From contig BCKQ01000005.1 in assembly GCA_001600695.1 (NCBI GenBank), positions 237,496-301,495 of the forward strand: a stretch of 64,000 bases of DNA, read 5' to 3'. The translations under genes and the position numbers were made by a program. Source of the stretch: Ascoidea asiatica JCM 7603. Taxonomy: Eukaryota; Fungi; Ascomycota. A model generated the notes under the pieces. The model saw only the letters and a program-made list of their open reading frames with translations, was not told where the DNA came from and made no database searches. This document shows, one piece after another, positions 10,565 to 21,034 of this stretch (the first letter of the stretch is position 1; every line of letters starts with the position of its first letter).

Positions 10565-12217
10565 ATGAGTTATTTAGAAGAAATATTAAGTAGAACTCCA
10601 ATTTGTAAATTAAAGACAGACCCCAAATATGAACTTAATGACTGTGAACTTCAGCTATTAAGTAGGATTGAATTAAGAGAAAATGAATGGGGCGAAGCTA
10701 TTCAAATAGTTTCTAATGAAAAAAACTCGAATACAGATCAGCAAATATCATTATTAGTATATTGCGAAATTCTATATAAAGTGATTCCAAACGCAGAATT
10801 ATTGCCAAAAATATTGCTAAAGTTATTAGAAATTCCAACTGTTGGAGGCGATGATGGTTTTATCTGGATGTGGCCCACAAATAAAAAAACAATAATGGAA
10901 ATTAACAAACGATACTCAGATTATATTTTATTGAGCTCTTTTCGTTTGAGGCTATTATATCGATTAATTTCGAGGCAAACTATTAAAGCTAGTTCCATCG
11001 ACTATTTTCTGATTTATAAGGTAGTAAGCTATTTTTGGATGAAAAATACACCATGGTGCTTAGATTCTAGTCACTTTTTCTCCATCAAAACTTTTGAATT
11101 CTTAAATAAGAAACACCTAAATTTTGATTCTAAAATTATAGAAAAGTTTTATAATGAATGTCTTTTTGAACCATTCAAATTATTGAAATCAAATAATAAA
11201 ATTAAAGAAACGGTCACTCCTACCGGATACAGTAGAAGTATAAACGCTAATCTCCTTTCGAACAAAAATGAAGATTTTGGAAGTATAATGAAAATCAGAA
11301 ATAAATGGTTTAAAAATCAATTAAAAAGCATTTCGTCAATGAAATTTTTTATTCAAAATTTTATCTTGAATCATAAATCTCTAACAAATAATTACTGGGG
11401 ATTTCTAATAGTATCTATATTAAACATATTGGATGACGCTAATTCTTTAGTTAAAATTAAAGGTTGTGAATTGCTAGATTCTATTCTAGAATTAATAGAT
11501 ACAAGTCAACTCGAACGAAACTATATTATTCAAACAGATATTACACCAGTACTAATAGATTCAATCACACCGTTATTATCTTATCTACCTCCGTTGATTC
11601 AGATTGATGAGACAACCTTTATTTTACCAAAAGCATTTGATACGCTTTTGCTTTTAGATAAAAAGAGCAAAAAAAGTGAAAGGGAATTTGATAAAAGCAT
11701 GATAGACTTTATAAGCGAGTATATAATAGGAAGATTGTCATATGTCAAGAGTGGATCAATAGATGACTCTAAAATTTTATTAATTTATTGTAATATCATT
11801 GAGAGAATCATAAGTGAATTATATTCTCAAAAAATAATACTCTTAATTTTAGGACCTCTCTTAAAAAAATTATTATTGGCTAATATGACAAACCCATTTA
11901 TTTTGATAAATGGCGATTTTAAACTCTCAGAAAAGTTACTTACAATATTGTATAACGTTATAGTAATATCACAGGAAAGAATAGAAAATCATAAATATGA
12001 TATACTTGGGGGCATTTTTGTTTTTCTGAAAAGATTTGAAAAAGAAATGGTACCACTTAGAAAGGATAAAAATACAGAAAATGAGAAAAGCTATGTCAAT
12101 ATTGAGGTGTTAGTGAAAAAAAATTTATATTCTCTTGAAAATTTCTGTAAAAACAAAATCCTTTTCAAAGAGGATATTAAAGCTATTCAAAAGGAAGTTG
12201 GGATTTTTCTGATATAA
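10565..12217 (+). CDS. TTI2: TTT co-chaperone subunit Tti2 (HEAT-like)
   Basis: ILNILDD..VKIKGCELL and ITPLLSYLPPL motifs. First ATG is at 10565; the ORF track start at 10529 is a TTG. Confidence 0.7.
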   Translation: MSYLEEILSRTPICKLKTDPKYELNDCELQLLSRIELRENEWGEAIQIVSNEKNSNTDQQISLLVYCEILYKVIPNAELLPKILLKLLEIPTVGGDDGFIWMWPTNKKTIMEINKRYSDYILLSSFRLRLLYRLISRQTIKASSIDYFLIYKVVSYFWMKNTPWCLDSSHFFSIKTFEFLNKKHLNFDSKIIEKFYNECLFEPFKLLKSNNKIKETVTPTGYSRSINANLLSNKNEDFGSIMKIRNKWFKNQLKSISSMKFFIQNFILNHKSLTNNYWGFLIVSILNILDDANSLVKIKGCELLDSILELIDTSQLERNYIIQTDITPVLIDSITPLLSYLPPLIQIDETTFILPKAFDTLLLLDKKSKKSEREFDKSMIDFISEYIIGRLSYVKSGSIDDSKILLIYCNIIERIISELYSQKIILLILGPLLKKLLLANMTNPFILINGDFKLSEKLLTILYNVIVISQERIENHKYDILGGIFVFLKRFEKEMVPLRKDKNTENEKSYVNIEVLVKKNLYSLENFCKNKILFKEDIKAIQKEVGIFLI

Positions 12218-12728
12218 ACAATATGGATCACTATGATTCAAATCGGAATTTATTGTATTATTAGAGACAAAGAGCACAATAATCAATATTTCAAAATAAA
12301 AAATGTATATGTATTTTACTCAAAAAAAAAAATTAACAACTGTGATTCATACATACTGTATATACTAAAAGCAAACAAAGATATAACATTATTGAAACAA
12401 GCTAATAGAAAGATTAGCATTATTTTGATATTTTACCATTTTTTTAGTTAACGAAATCTCATTTGAATATTAGTCTTCAAAATCTCTTAAAAAAAAAAAG
12501 CGCTGTTCCAAGCATTCGTTTCAATTTCCATTATATGTAGGCTTTTCCACTTTCAAAACCTTAATAGAAACCATCTCTTCTTAAAATAGACATCTAAATA
12601 AAACTCTTTGAAATAGACGATAATCAATTGAACAATATACCAAACTTGAACCTGGTTTGAAATTGGTCTTCATGATATGAAAATAATTGATTATCATTTG
12701 AAAAAATCGAAAACCTAAATGAAAACTT

Positions 12729-14792
12729 TTACTGTAACTGATTGATATATGCAATTTTTTGACTATCGTTGAAAGTATCATCATTTAAAAAATTGAAAAC
12801 GATAATATCATTTACTATTAACTTAGATATAATTCTTTGAGATTGTATGGTAATTTTTCCTTCAAGAACATAACCCATCACAATTTTTGATATTTTCTCA
12901 AAGGCACTAGAATTATTTAAATAAAAGAGATTTTTATAAGAATTGTTATAATTATCTTGAATCAAAGGATATGAATTAATGGTCTCAGTAATAGAGGAAT
13001 TTCCATTACTAGTGGGTGGTTGTAATGATGTGCCATTAATACCAACTCCATTTGAATTCATTCCATTGAAAAAACAGTCTTTTCTACCATTTAATGAAGA
13101 TCCTCTAAAAATTTTTTTAGTCTTTTTCTTAGAAATTCTATTGTTAGATGAGGAGAAAACAGAACTTTTTCGTTGTGAATTATTAATAGAAGAAGCTGAA
13201 TTTGTATCTTGACGACTTCTGTTGTAACCACTTAATTCTAGCATTTCTTCATCATCTAATTCATCATCATCATCATCATGATTATTATTATTATTATTAA
13301 TATTATTGTCTGATTGTATAGACTTCAATGAATCATTGGCCAGGCTTCCAATTTTTTGTTTATTTACAGTATCACTTATATTATCTATTTTATTATTATT
13401 ATCCAAATTATTGGATATATAATTATTATTGTTCGTATTGGTTTGATTAACATTCATACCATCAATAGTATTGGTGCTATTTTGAATATCATTGATGATA
13501 TTATTATTAATATTACCATCGGTATCAAGATCATTAACGATTTGGGGTTTATTATTAGTTGTATCATCAGAATTAGGGCTTTGTTTACCCCCACTATCAG
13601 TATTACTATGATTTTCATTGAACTTATCACTATTATCATTGTTATTGTTTTTATGATTGCTAATATCATTATTACCATCATCATCATCATCATCGTCGTC
13701 GTCATCGTCTTCATCATCGTCGTCATCATCATCCTCATCATAATAAATTTTAGAATTTCTAGAAGGAGGAATTTCACTTTCATCCTCTTCTTCATAGTCA
13801 ACTAATTCATTATCATTATCGTCATCTACATCAATGTCATCATCATCGTCATCATCACCATATTCATAATTAATATCAGAACCATTTTCTGAAGTTTTAG
13901 AATTACGATTTAGAGGCTGGCTATAAATATGAGTATCATACTTAACTAAATAATCACAAGAGTGAGGAATGCAAAATTTTTTAACCCAGCTTTTTTTTCT
14001 TTGATATTTCTTAACAACATCTTCATCTTCAATATATTTATTTAAAGCAAAATAATGATCAACCTCATAATAATCAAGATTAAAACAACCTTTATGATTT
14101 AACCACTTGAAGCCTTTAGCATTATCTTTTATAAATCTCCAATATGCATGTTCATCTTTTAAAATTTTTAAATGTTTTTTTAATTTGGTTTTATCGAATT
14201 TATTAACTTTTGCTTTTAATGGAAAAGCAAGATCTAATTCCTTAGTAATTCTATCCCATGAATCTTTACTCCAATCATTTTCATTTTTTTCATAATAATT
14301 TTCCGATGATTCTCTAATTAATAAAGTTATAAATAAATCATTCATTTCTTTTGACCATTTGGTTGCATCAATTGAAGATTTATCAAGTAATAAACTTGAA
14401 CTTGTCTGATTTTCTAAGTCTAGATTTAATTTTTCTTCGGGTTCATTATCATTATCAATATCTTGACTATCTTGATTATTTATATTGGTTTGATTATCAG
14501 GTTCAGCAGTATTTTCATTTCCATTTTCATTTTCATTTTCATTTTCATTTTCATTTTCAGTTTCAGTTTCCTTTCTAATTTGATCATCCAAGTTATTCTC
14601 AATATCATTTTCCAAGCTATTTTCCAAGCTATTTTGTATATTTTTCTCTGAATTATTTTCTATATTGTTATCAATATCATTTTGAATATCTGTTTTAGAT
14701 TGATCGTTAGTATCAAGAAATTCGTTTTCTGAATCAGATGATCGACCAAAAGGATCGTCACCTCTCATATCAGAATCATTAGGAGAAGACAT
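12729..14792 (-). CDS. Myb/SANT-like (Myb_DNA-bind_3, Harbinger ORF1-type) domain protein with long acidic and Asn-rich regions
   Basis: KWSKEMNDLFITLL...WSKDSWDRITKEL...KTKLKKHLKILK..HAYW....KGFKW shows the Trp spacing of this domain (~14100-14363). Confidence 0.7.
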   Translation of the reverse strand: MSSPNDSDMRGDDPFGRSSDSENEFLDTNDQSKTDIQNDIDNNIENNSEKNIQNSLENSLENDIENNLDDQIRKETETENENENENENENGNENTAEPDNQTNINNQDSQDIDNDNEPEEKLNLDLENQTSSSLLLDKSSIDATKWSKEMNDLFITLLIRESSENYYEKNENDWSKDSWDRITKELDLAFPLKAKVNKFDKTKLKKHLKILKDEHAYWRFIKDNAKGFKWLNHKGCFNLDYYEVDHYFALNKYIEDEDVVKKYQRKKSWVKKFCIPHSCDYLVKYDTHIYSQPLNRNSKTSENGSDINYEYGDDDDDDDIDVDDDNDNELVDYEEEDESEIPPSRNSKIYYDEDDDDDDDEDDDDDDDDDDDGNNDISNHKNNNNDNSDKFNENHSNTDSGGKQSPNSDDTTNNKPQIVNDLDTDGNINNNIINDIQNSTNTIDGMNVNQTNTNNNNYISNNLDNNNKIDNISDTVNKQKIGSLANDSLKSIQSDNNINNNNNNHDDDDDELDDEEMLELSGYNRSRQDTNSASSINNSQRKSSVFSSSNNRISKKKTKKIFRGSSLNGRKDCFFNGMNSNGVGINGTSLQPPTSNGNSSITETINSYPLIQDNYNNSYKNLFYLNNSSAFEKISKIVMGYVLEGKITIQSQRIISKLIVNDIIVFNFLNDDTFNDSQKIAYINQLQ

Positions 14793-16014
14793 TTAAAATA
14801 ATTTAATCCGATCACTTTTTAAACTACTTTTTTGCTAAATAATAAACAAAATAAGTTAAATAAGATAGCAAAAATATAATTCTAATAAGCAATTTAAGCA
14901 AAAATTAAGCAAAAAATTAACTCAAGCTAAATTAAAAATTAAAGAAATAAAATATTGTATATAATTGATTCAAAAATACAAGGTAATAATTTTGAAGCAA
15001 AATATGTGATGGTAGGTATTATTGAATCCAAAATTAATAAAAATGATAAAAGAAATGGATTTATATATATGATTTTAGAGTATGAAAATTTTAATATTGC
15101 CACTTGGAAGCAAAGCAAAGAAAAAAATAAACAACAAAAAGAAAAAGAAAAAGGAGAAGAAGAAAACTATACGCCAGGTAGACTGACCGAGAAAAAAGAG
15201 AGAAATGATCAAAGTGGCAGGAAAGGAAATGGCAGCAGCAGAAGCGGAAACATTTGACCTACTTATCAGCTGCTAGAGACTGGCACAGTAAAAAGCTGGC
15301 GATTCTAAGGGATTTGGAGATTGTCTTCAACTACGGCTGGGAGAGCAGCATTAAGTAATTAAGTAAATGTCGAACTCGCTCTTGGTCTTGGGGGCTAGAG
15401 CCTTGAGACAAACCAAACACATCACACTCAGCATTCACACCACTCAAACCTCGATAGACCAGTCCCGTGACACTACTAGTTGTTCAAAAATTCACGAACG
15501 TTTGCTAAGAATCGTTAGCGCAAGTAAAAAAAAGTCGTAGTTATTCATTTGGCACGTGCCACGTTTAGGCTCTGACAAAAGTCTGGCAAAATGTTGTCCA
15601 GATCCATCCCTATCCCTGGTTCACAATTATCTCCAAACAGGAGTTGCGGATTAGAAGCACTTCCAAGTTACGGATCTTCCCTGGCATTAGCCAATAATCC
15701 CAGGATCATTACTGTGCCCCATGAATTGGCACTAGAGTACTACCCGATGCTTTTGCTGTTACTGCTACGGGTCTTGCTTCACCAACATCACCATCAAGAC
15801 CAACCCTGTTTTAATCACCGCTACTAATATTATCCCTAACGTTATCGATTACACAATATTGATTGAGTCTGCTCATAGCTTGAATCAATAACGCTCCCGA
15901 TAACTACTTCAATTATAATATACTCTACTATTACAACATTATTTATATTCATTATCAAATCATTTAATCATATATTAATAATACAATCAAAACATCATAT
16001 AGATTTTATGAAAT

Positions 16015-16405
16015 ATGGCTGCTCATCATGGTGCTCATCGTATGTTACTTTAAATCAATAATTTTTTATTTTCTTTATTTTGTTCTTTTTTTTTCATTTC
16101 TTTTCAAATTGATTTTATATATTGATAATTACTAATTATTATTATTATTTTTTAAAAATTTTTATGTTAATTAATTAATTAAAGCTTTACGTGAGGATAT
16201 TGGTTTTCAAAAATGGTATAATTTAAGAGAAAATTATGCACATAATTTTAGATTCACAAAAAAGACTGGTAGATGGACTTTAATTTATATTGTTGCAATC
16301 CCATTAGCCTTAGGTTATGCCTCTTATAAATATGAAGGTTCTATAGATTGGAGTGCAAAAAGAAGAACTCAATCCTTAGGAAGAGATTATATTCCAAAAG
16401 TTTAA
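16015..16405 (+). CDS. NB5M: Complex I accessory subunit NB5M/B15 (NDUFB4-like), 81 aa, two exons (16015-16039, 16185-16405)
   Basis: Intron GTATGT(16040)..TACTAAT(16130)..AAG(16184). The spliced product is MAAHHGAHPLREDIGFQKWYNLRENYAHNFRFTKKTGRWTLIYIVAIPLALGYASYKYEGSIDWSAKRRTQSLGRDYIPKV, with one TM helix. Absent from the ORF track. Confidence 0.85.
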
Positions 16406-16597
16406 TATACAATCAATAAATACGGAAATTTAGACTCAATACTTTATATACTAAAAAATTTATATTAAAATTACAATGCTATATTTAAACGAAAAAATTT
16501 ATATTCTTTTTACCCTATTCTATTTACAGAAAAAACAATTGATTATTTAATATAATACAGTATGTCAATTAGAATTTTATTTATCTTGTATATACTA

Positions 16598-17038
16598 TTA
16601 AATATCCCTTTTTGTCGTTAATTGTAGTCCATGCCATTTAGAAATTTCCTCTTTTAATATCTCATTTACTTTTCTATGTTGCTTAATCATTGTTAATCCA
16701 TTGAATTCTTTTGATATTATATTAATTGAAAACATTGATCCACATCCTCCAGAAATATCCATTACTTTTAATGATTTTGGTTTTAACTCTTTTTTTAATA
16801 TGGAGTATATTTTTCTTTCATAATTATCCATTCCAATCAATTCTTCATTTTTATTACTCTTATTTTCTAGAACCTTACAATTTGAAAAGTCTCGATTTTT
16901 ACTTAACTCTAATATTTTAAATCCATAATACTTATTTAACAAAATATTATTTATACCAATTCTTGAATTTAAATCTTCTAGTATCAATTTATTTTTTTTG
17001 CTCATATGATTCATAATTCCTTTTTTTAACCCAATCAT
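16598..17038 (-). CDS. BOL3: Mitochondrial BolA-family protein (Bol3/Aim1)
   Basis: [25 protein letters not shown] and WHGLQL motifs; first ATG at 17038. Confidence 0.88.
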   Translation of the reverse strand: MIGLKKGIMNHMSKKNKLILEDLNSRIGINNILLNKYYGFKILELSKNRDFSNCKVLENKSNKNEELIGMDNYERKIYSILKKELKPKSLKVMDISGGCGSMFSINIISKEFNGLTMIKQHRKVNEILKEEISKWHGLQLTTKRDI

Positions 17039-17925
17039 ATTCAACTGTTATTTTCTATTTTCTATTTCCTATTTTCTATTTTCTATTTATATAATTCAGC
17101 AATGATATTCAATTTCAATCGATTCAGTTATTCATTCAATTAAAAATTAAATTAATTACTTTACTTTCCCCATATCAATGAATTATTGCAGCTTTGTAAA
17201 TCATTAAACTGCTTACTCATCATTAACTTTAACCTAACACTATTAAACAGAGCCCTAAAATTTAACTTAAGCTTATTAAATAATTTTACGGTTACGTTAC
17301 AGTACTGAAGAATTTAAATATTTTTCTTTTGTATTTAATGAACTAAATTCATTCCTATTTATATTCCTTATTAATTTATAATTTTTTTTTGAATTTTATT
17401 AACATTATAATTATATTTTTAAATCATGTTTTGATAGAATAGTTTGTTAGAATTTAATAGATTTTATTTAGTTTTTCTTTTTAACAATTTATCTCTATCA
17501 ATATGAACAGTAAATTTTTCACCAGAGATTTAAGTCAGGACTTCATTCAATATATTATTTAATTTTATATTTCATGATTGTTGTCTGTTACAAACCTGGA
17601 AAATTAAATTCAATTTTTATAGGGACCAGCCTAAAATTTCGTTCTGAGATTTTTAATTGTGTTTTTAAGTTATTATTTTTCTTTTTGAAATTTAATATCT
17701 TCCTTTAATTGATTCAATTTTTTTTTTGAGTTGAATACATATATATTAATATATATTATTGTATTCATAGTGAAAAAATTGACATTTCTCTTAGGATTTT
17801 TTATCTATTTTAATGATATATCCTATGGAACCTATATAATATAATAATATATTATACCCTACTGGTAGTATTTGAAAGTTTAAGTTTTTTGTGTAAATTG
17901 ATATAGACAAAACATTTAACAAGAT

Positions 17926-18699
17926 TTAAATCATTTTTTTTTCCACAAGTTTTTCAACTAATTCATCAACAGAATTAACTTTTATACCAGGTTCTCTCTG
18001 TTTTGGCTCCTTTAGATTTAATAATTGTAATCTCTGTTTTAAATCAATACCTAAATCAACTTCTTTAATTTTTTCTAAAGGTTTTTTTTTTGCTTTCATT
18101 ATTTTTGGTAAAGTAGCAAATCTTGGTTCATTTAATCTTAAATCAGTTGTGATAATTAAAGGTAAATTTGATTTTACTATATCTTCGCCACCATCAATTT
18201 CTCTTGTTACTGTAACTGAATTCTCTTTTTCGTTTATTTCAACTTTACTTGCATTTGTTGCTTGTGGCCAAGATAATAAAGCAGCTAACATTTGACCAGT
18301 TTGATTAGAATCATCATCGATTGCTTGTTTACCTAAAATTATAAGATTAGATTTTTTTTCATTAATTATGTTTTTTAAAATTTTTGCAATTGATAATGGC
18401 TCTATATCTTTATCACCAATATCAATAAGAGAAGAAGTATCAACACCTTTTGCTAAAGCAGTTCTTAAAATATCTTGAGCCTTTGAAGATCCAATTGTTA
18501 CAGCATGAATATTTTCAACGAAATCAGAATGCTTTTCTTTTATACGAACAGCTTCTTCAACAGCTATATCACAAAATGGATTTATACTAAATTTTACACC
18601 AGTTTTAACAATTCCATTATTTGTCTTATTTATTCTTGGTTTTAATTGAAAATCAAGAACCCTTTTAATCGGAACCAAAATTCTAAGTTTTGAAGACAT
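17926..18699 (-). CDS. CIR1: Electron transfer flavoprotein beta subunit
   Basis: ILVPIKRV, SINPFCDIAVEEA, GKQAIDDDSNQTGQMLA and DLRLNEPRFA motifs. Confidence 0.96.
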   Translation of the reverse strand: MSSKLRILVPIKRVLDFQLKPRINKTNNGIVKTGVKFSINPFCDIAVEEAVRIKEKHSDFVENIHAVTIGSSKAQDILRTALAKGVDTSSLIDIGDKDIEPLSIAKILKNIINEKKSNLIILGKQAIDDDSNQTGQMLAALLSWPQATNASKVEINEKENSVTVTREIDGGEDIVKSNLPLIITTDLRLNEPRFATLPKIMKAKKKPLEKIKEVDLGIDLKQRLQLLNLKEPKQREPGIKVNSVDELVEKLVEKKMI

Positions 18700-19147
18700 T
18701 TCAAATAATTATATCAAAAGTGTTTCCTTGAAGATATAAATGTAAATAAATTTTACAAAAAATTTTGAAATCAGATTTAAAGTGAAATAAATTTATAATT
18801 TTGATACAGTAAAATTTGGCTACCGTAGAATAGCCAATTAAATAGTAAAGTTTACCTTTAGAAAAAAAATTGATCCAAGGGTGTAGATATTCGAAAAGTT
18901 GGGTTGGCAATATGATATCACGAAATCCCCCCAAAAACATGATATTAGTTATTCAATTTGTCTTGAGTTTATCTAGAGAGTCCACATAAGTCACATGTCT
19001 AATTTTTAAGGTTCAATACTGGTAATATTTTTCTAATAAGATGCTGTACAAGTGGTACTTTGAGAATTAATTAACTTGACTGGAATAATTCAAAAAGCTT
19101 TTACCATGGTAGCCTGTTTCTACTACAGTACAATACTGTGTGCAGTG

Positions 19148-19172
19148 ATAAACAAGATTAAAATGTAAACAA
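19148..19172 (+). promoter_or_regulatory. Paired forkhead (Hcm1/Fkh-type) sites upstream of SPC24
   Basis: ATAAACAA 19148-19155 and GTAAACAA 19165-19172, ~130-150 bp before the ATG. Hcm1 regulates spindle and kinetochore genes in S. cerevisiae. Confidence 0.45.
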
Positions 19173-19300
19173 GTCTTCAAACTTTCTTTGAATACTGTTT
19201 TGATTTAATTTTAATAACAATAAATGCTTATTTCTATTTTCTTAGATATTATAATCTATATTTTAGTAATTCAGAGTGGAAATTGTGAATCATAATAAAA

Positions 19301-19993
19301 ATGAACAAGGATATAACAAAATTACTTAGCAATACAGTGGACGTTTTTAGTGCAGATGAGGATATAGTCGAATTGAATAAAAATATTATTGTAATTGAAA
19401 AATATGGTGAAAGTTTTGATAAAGAAATTGAATCTCAAAAGAATAAAATTGAAGTTTTAAGGCTTGAAAAACAGAGGTTAAAAGAGTCAATTGATTTTAT
19501 AAGTAATTCAAGTGATAGAAAGAACAAATTAGAAAAAATAAATGAGTTGAATTCAAACAAATTTAAAACTGCTAAAAATATAACCCTTTTAACTGACGAT
19601 ATAAATAAATTAACATTGGTCTATAATAATTTAAAAGGAAAATTGAATTCTGTTCAAAATGAAATTGATAATTTTTTTGATAATGAAGTAAATAATAATC
19701 CAGATTCAACAGTGTTGAAATTAAATTTCTTTAAAAAAATGGGATTAATAATTAATGATACAAGTCAAAATGAAAAAAATAAAATGAATGATGGTGAACT
19801 TAAAAATATAGAAGAGGAAATTATGGATGATATTGAAATCGAAACTTCAAATTCTTCTAAACTTTTAGAAAGAGAACTTGATTTGATAATAGTAAATCAA
19901 AGCACTAATCAATCTACTACATTATCGATTGGCAAAAATAAAGGTCTAAGTGAAGATTTTATTGCAAATTACATATGGGATAACATAGCTTAA
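19301..19993 (+). CDS. SPC24: Ndc80-complex kinetochore subunit Spc24
   Basis: Long coiled coil, then DSTVLKLNFFKKMG and C-terminal LSEDFIANYIWDNI. Confidence 0.75.
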   Translation: MNKDITKLLSNTVDVFSADEDIVELNKNIIVIEKYGESFDKEIESQKNKIEVLRLEKQRLKESIDFISNSSDRKNKLEKINELNSNKFKTAKNITLLTDDINKLTLVYNNLKGKLNSVQNEIDNFFDNEVNNNPDSTVLKLNFFKKMGLIINDTSQNEKNKMNDGELKNIEEEIMDDIEIETSNSSKLLERELDLIIVNQSTNQSTTLSIGKNKGLSEDFIANYIWDNIA

Positions 19994-20523
19994 AAAAGAC
20001 TATCTCTATAAATGTATAATAATCAAGATGTATATTTAAATTCCTATTCATTATCACCATTACCATATTCCATGTATATCTGGGTTTTTTTTTTTATTTA
20101 TACTATTAAGAATAATAATATCAATATTAAATACAGGGGCGGGAGCAAGACCCGTTTTCCGTGTATGAGCAAATTTGGGTGGCTCATATGCTTTGCAATT
20201 TTTTGATCAGTGCAAATAGTGTTTGTGTTAAGTAACTTATTGGTAAGTAATTACATAATAATAATAAATACATACAACACCACTGTGCAATATGTAAGTA
20301 CGTACATCTATTTAGTGTTTTCCATACAATTTGTAAAGTTATTAATTAGATATTTGTTTATAAAAATGTATTTGCTTTTAAAGTAAACTAGATTTTGATT
20401 TTGTATTTCTAGAAAAGTGGCATTTGTTTTTATAACTCTTTCTATTCTTTAAAGTATTTTTTTATTCTATTTCCTGAATTAATGCCCTTTTTACTTAATT
20501 AATATTCAACCTATTATTCATAA

Positions 20524-20992
20524 ATGACTGATTATACTAACTCGTCCAATATTAATAAGACCAATATTAATAAGAGTAGTAATGTTAGTGCCTCAAAATC
20601 TTTATCCAAAGAGACTACTGGTTCCAGTTCTAAGGACTACAGAGAATACAAAGAATTCAAAGATTATAAAGATTATAAAAACCATAAAGATTATAAAGAC
20701 TTTAATACCACCTATAAACCTGGATCCATTAATAATAACTCTTACACTTCATACATTAATAATACAAAATCCAATACCGTCAACTCTTATAACAATAATT
20801 CAAATGTTTATCATAAATTCAGACAAAATGCTCGACCATCTACTTCATCTTCTATTTCCTCTGTGAAGAGATCTTCAACTAGTCTTAACAAGCCATATTC
20901 AACAGGATCAATAATTACAGGATCAAATTACATCAATACTAATACTAACACTAATATTAATACTAATACTAGTACTAACATAAATAGCGGTA

Positions 20993-21034
<42 letters not shown>

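Noticed and set aside
14955-15827. ORFs 14955-15257 and 15591-15827
   Set aside because: No homology cues; they overlap the divergent promoter with E-box and CCAAT sites, and the first starts with TTG.
17570-17650. Possible C/D snoRNA (ATGATTG...CTGA with a short terminal stem)
   Set aside because: Box C deviates at two positions and no rRNA guide is recognisable.
20243-20400. GTAAGT donors upstream of HOS4 (possible 5' UTR intron)
   Set aside because: No credible branch point downstream.
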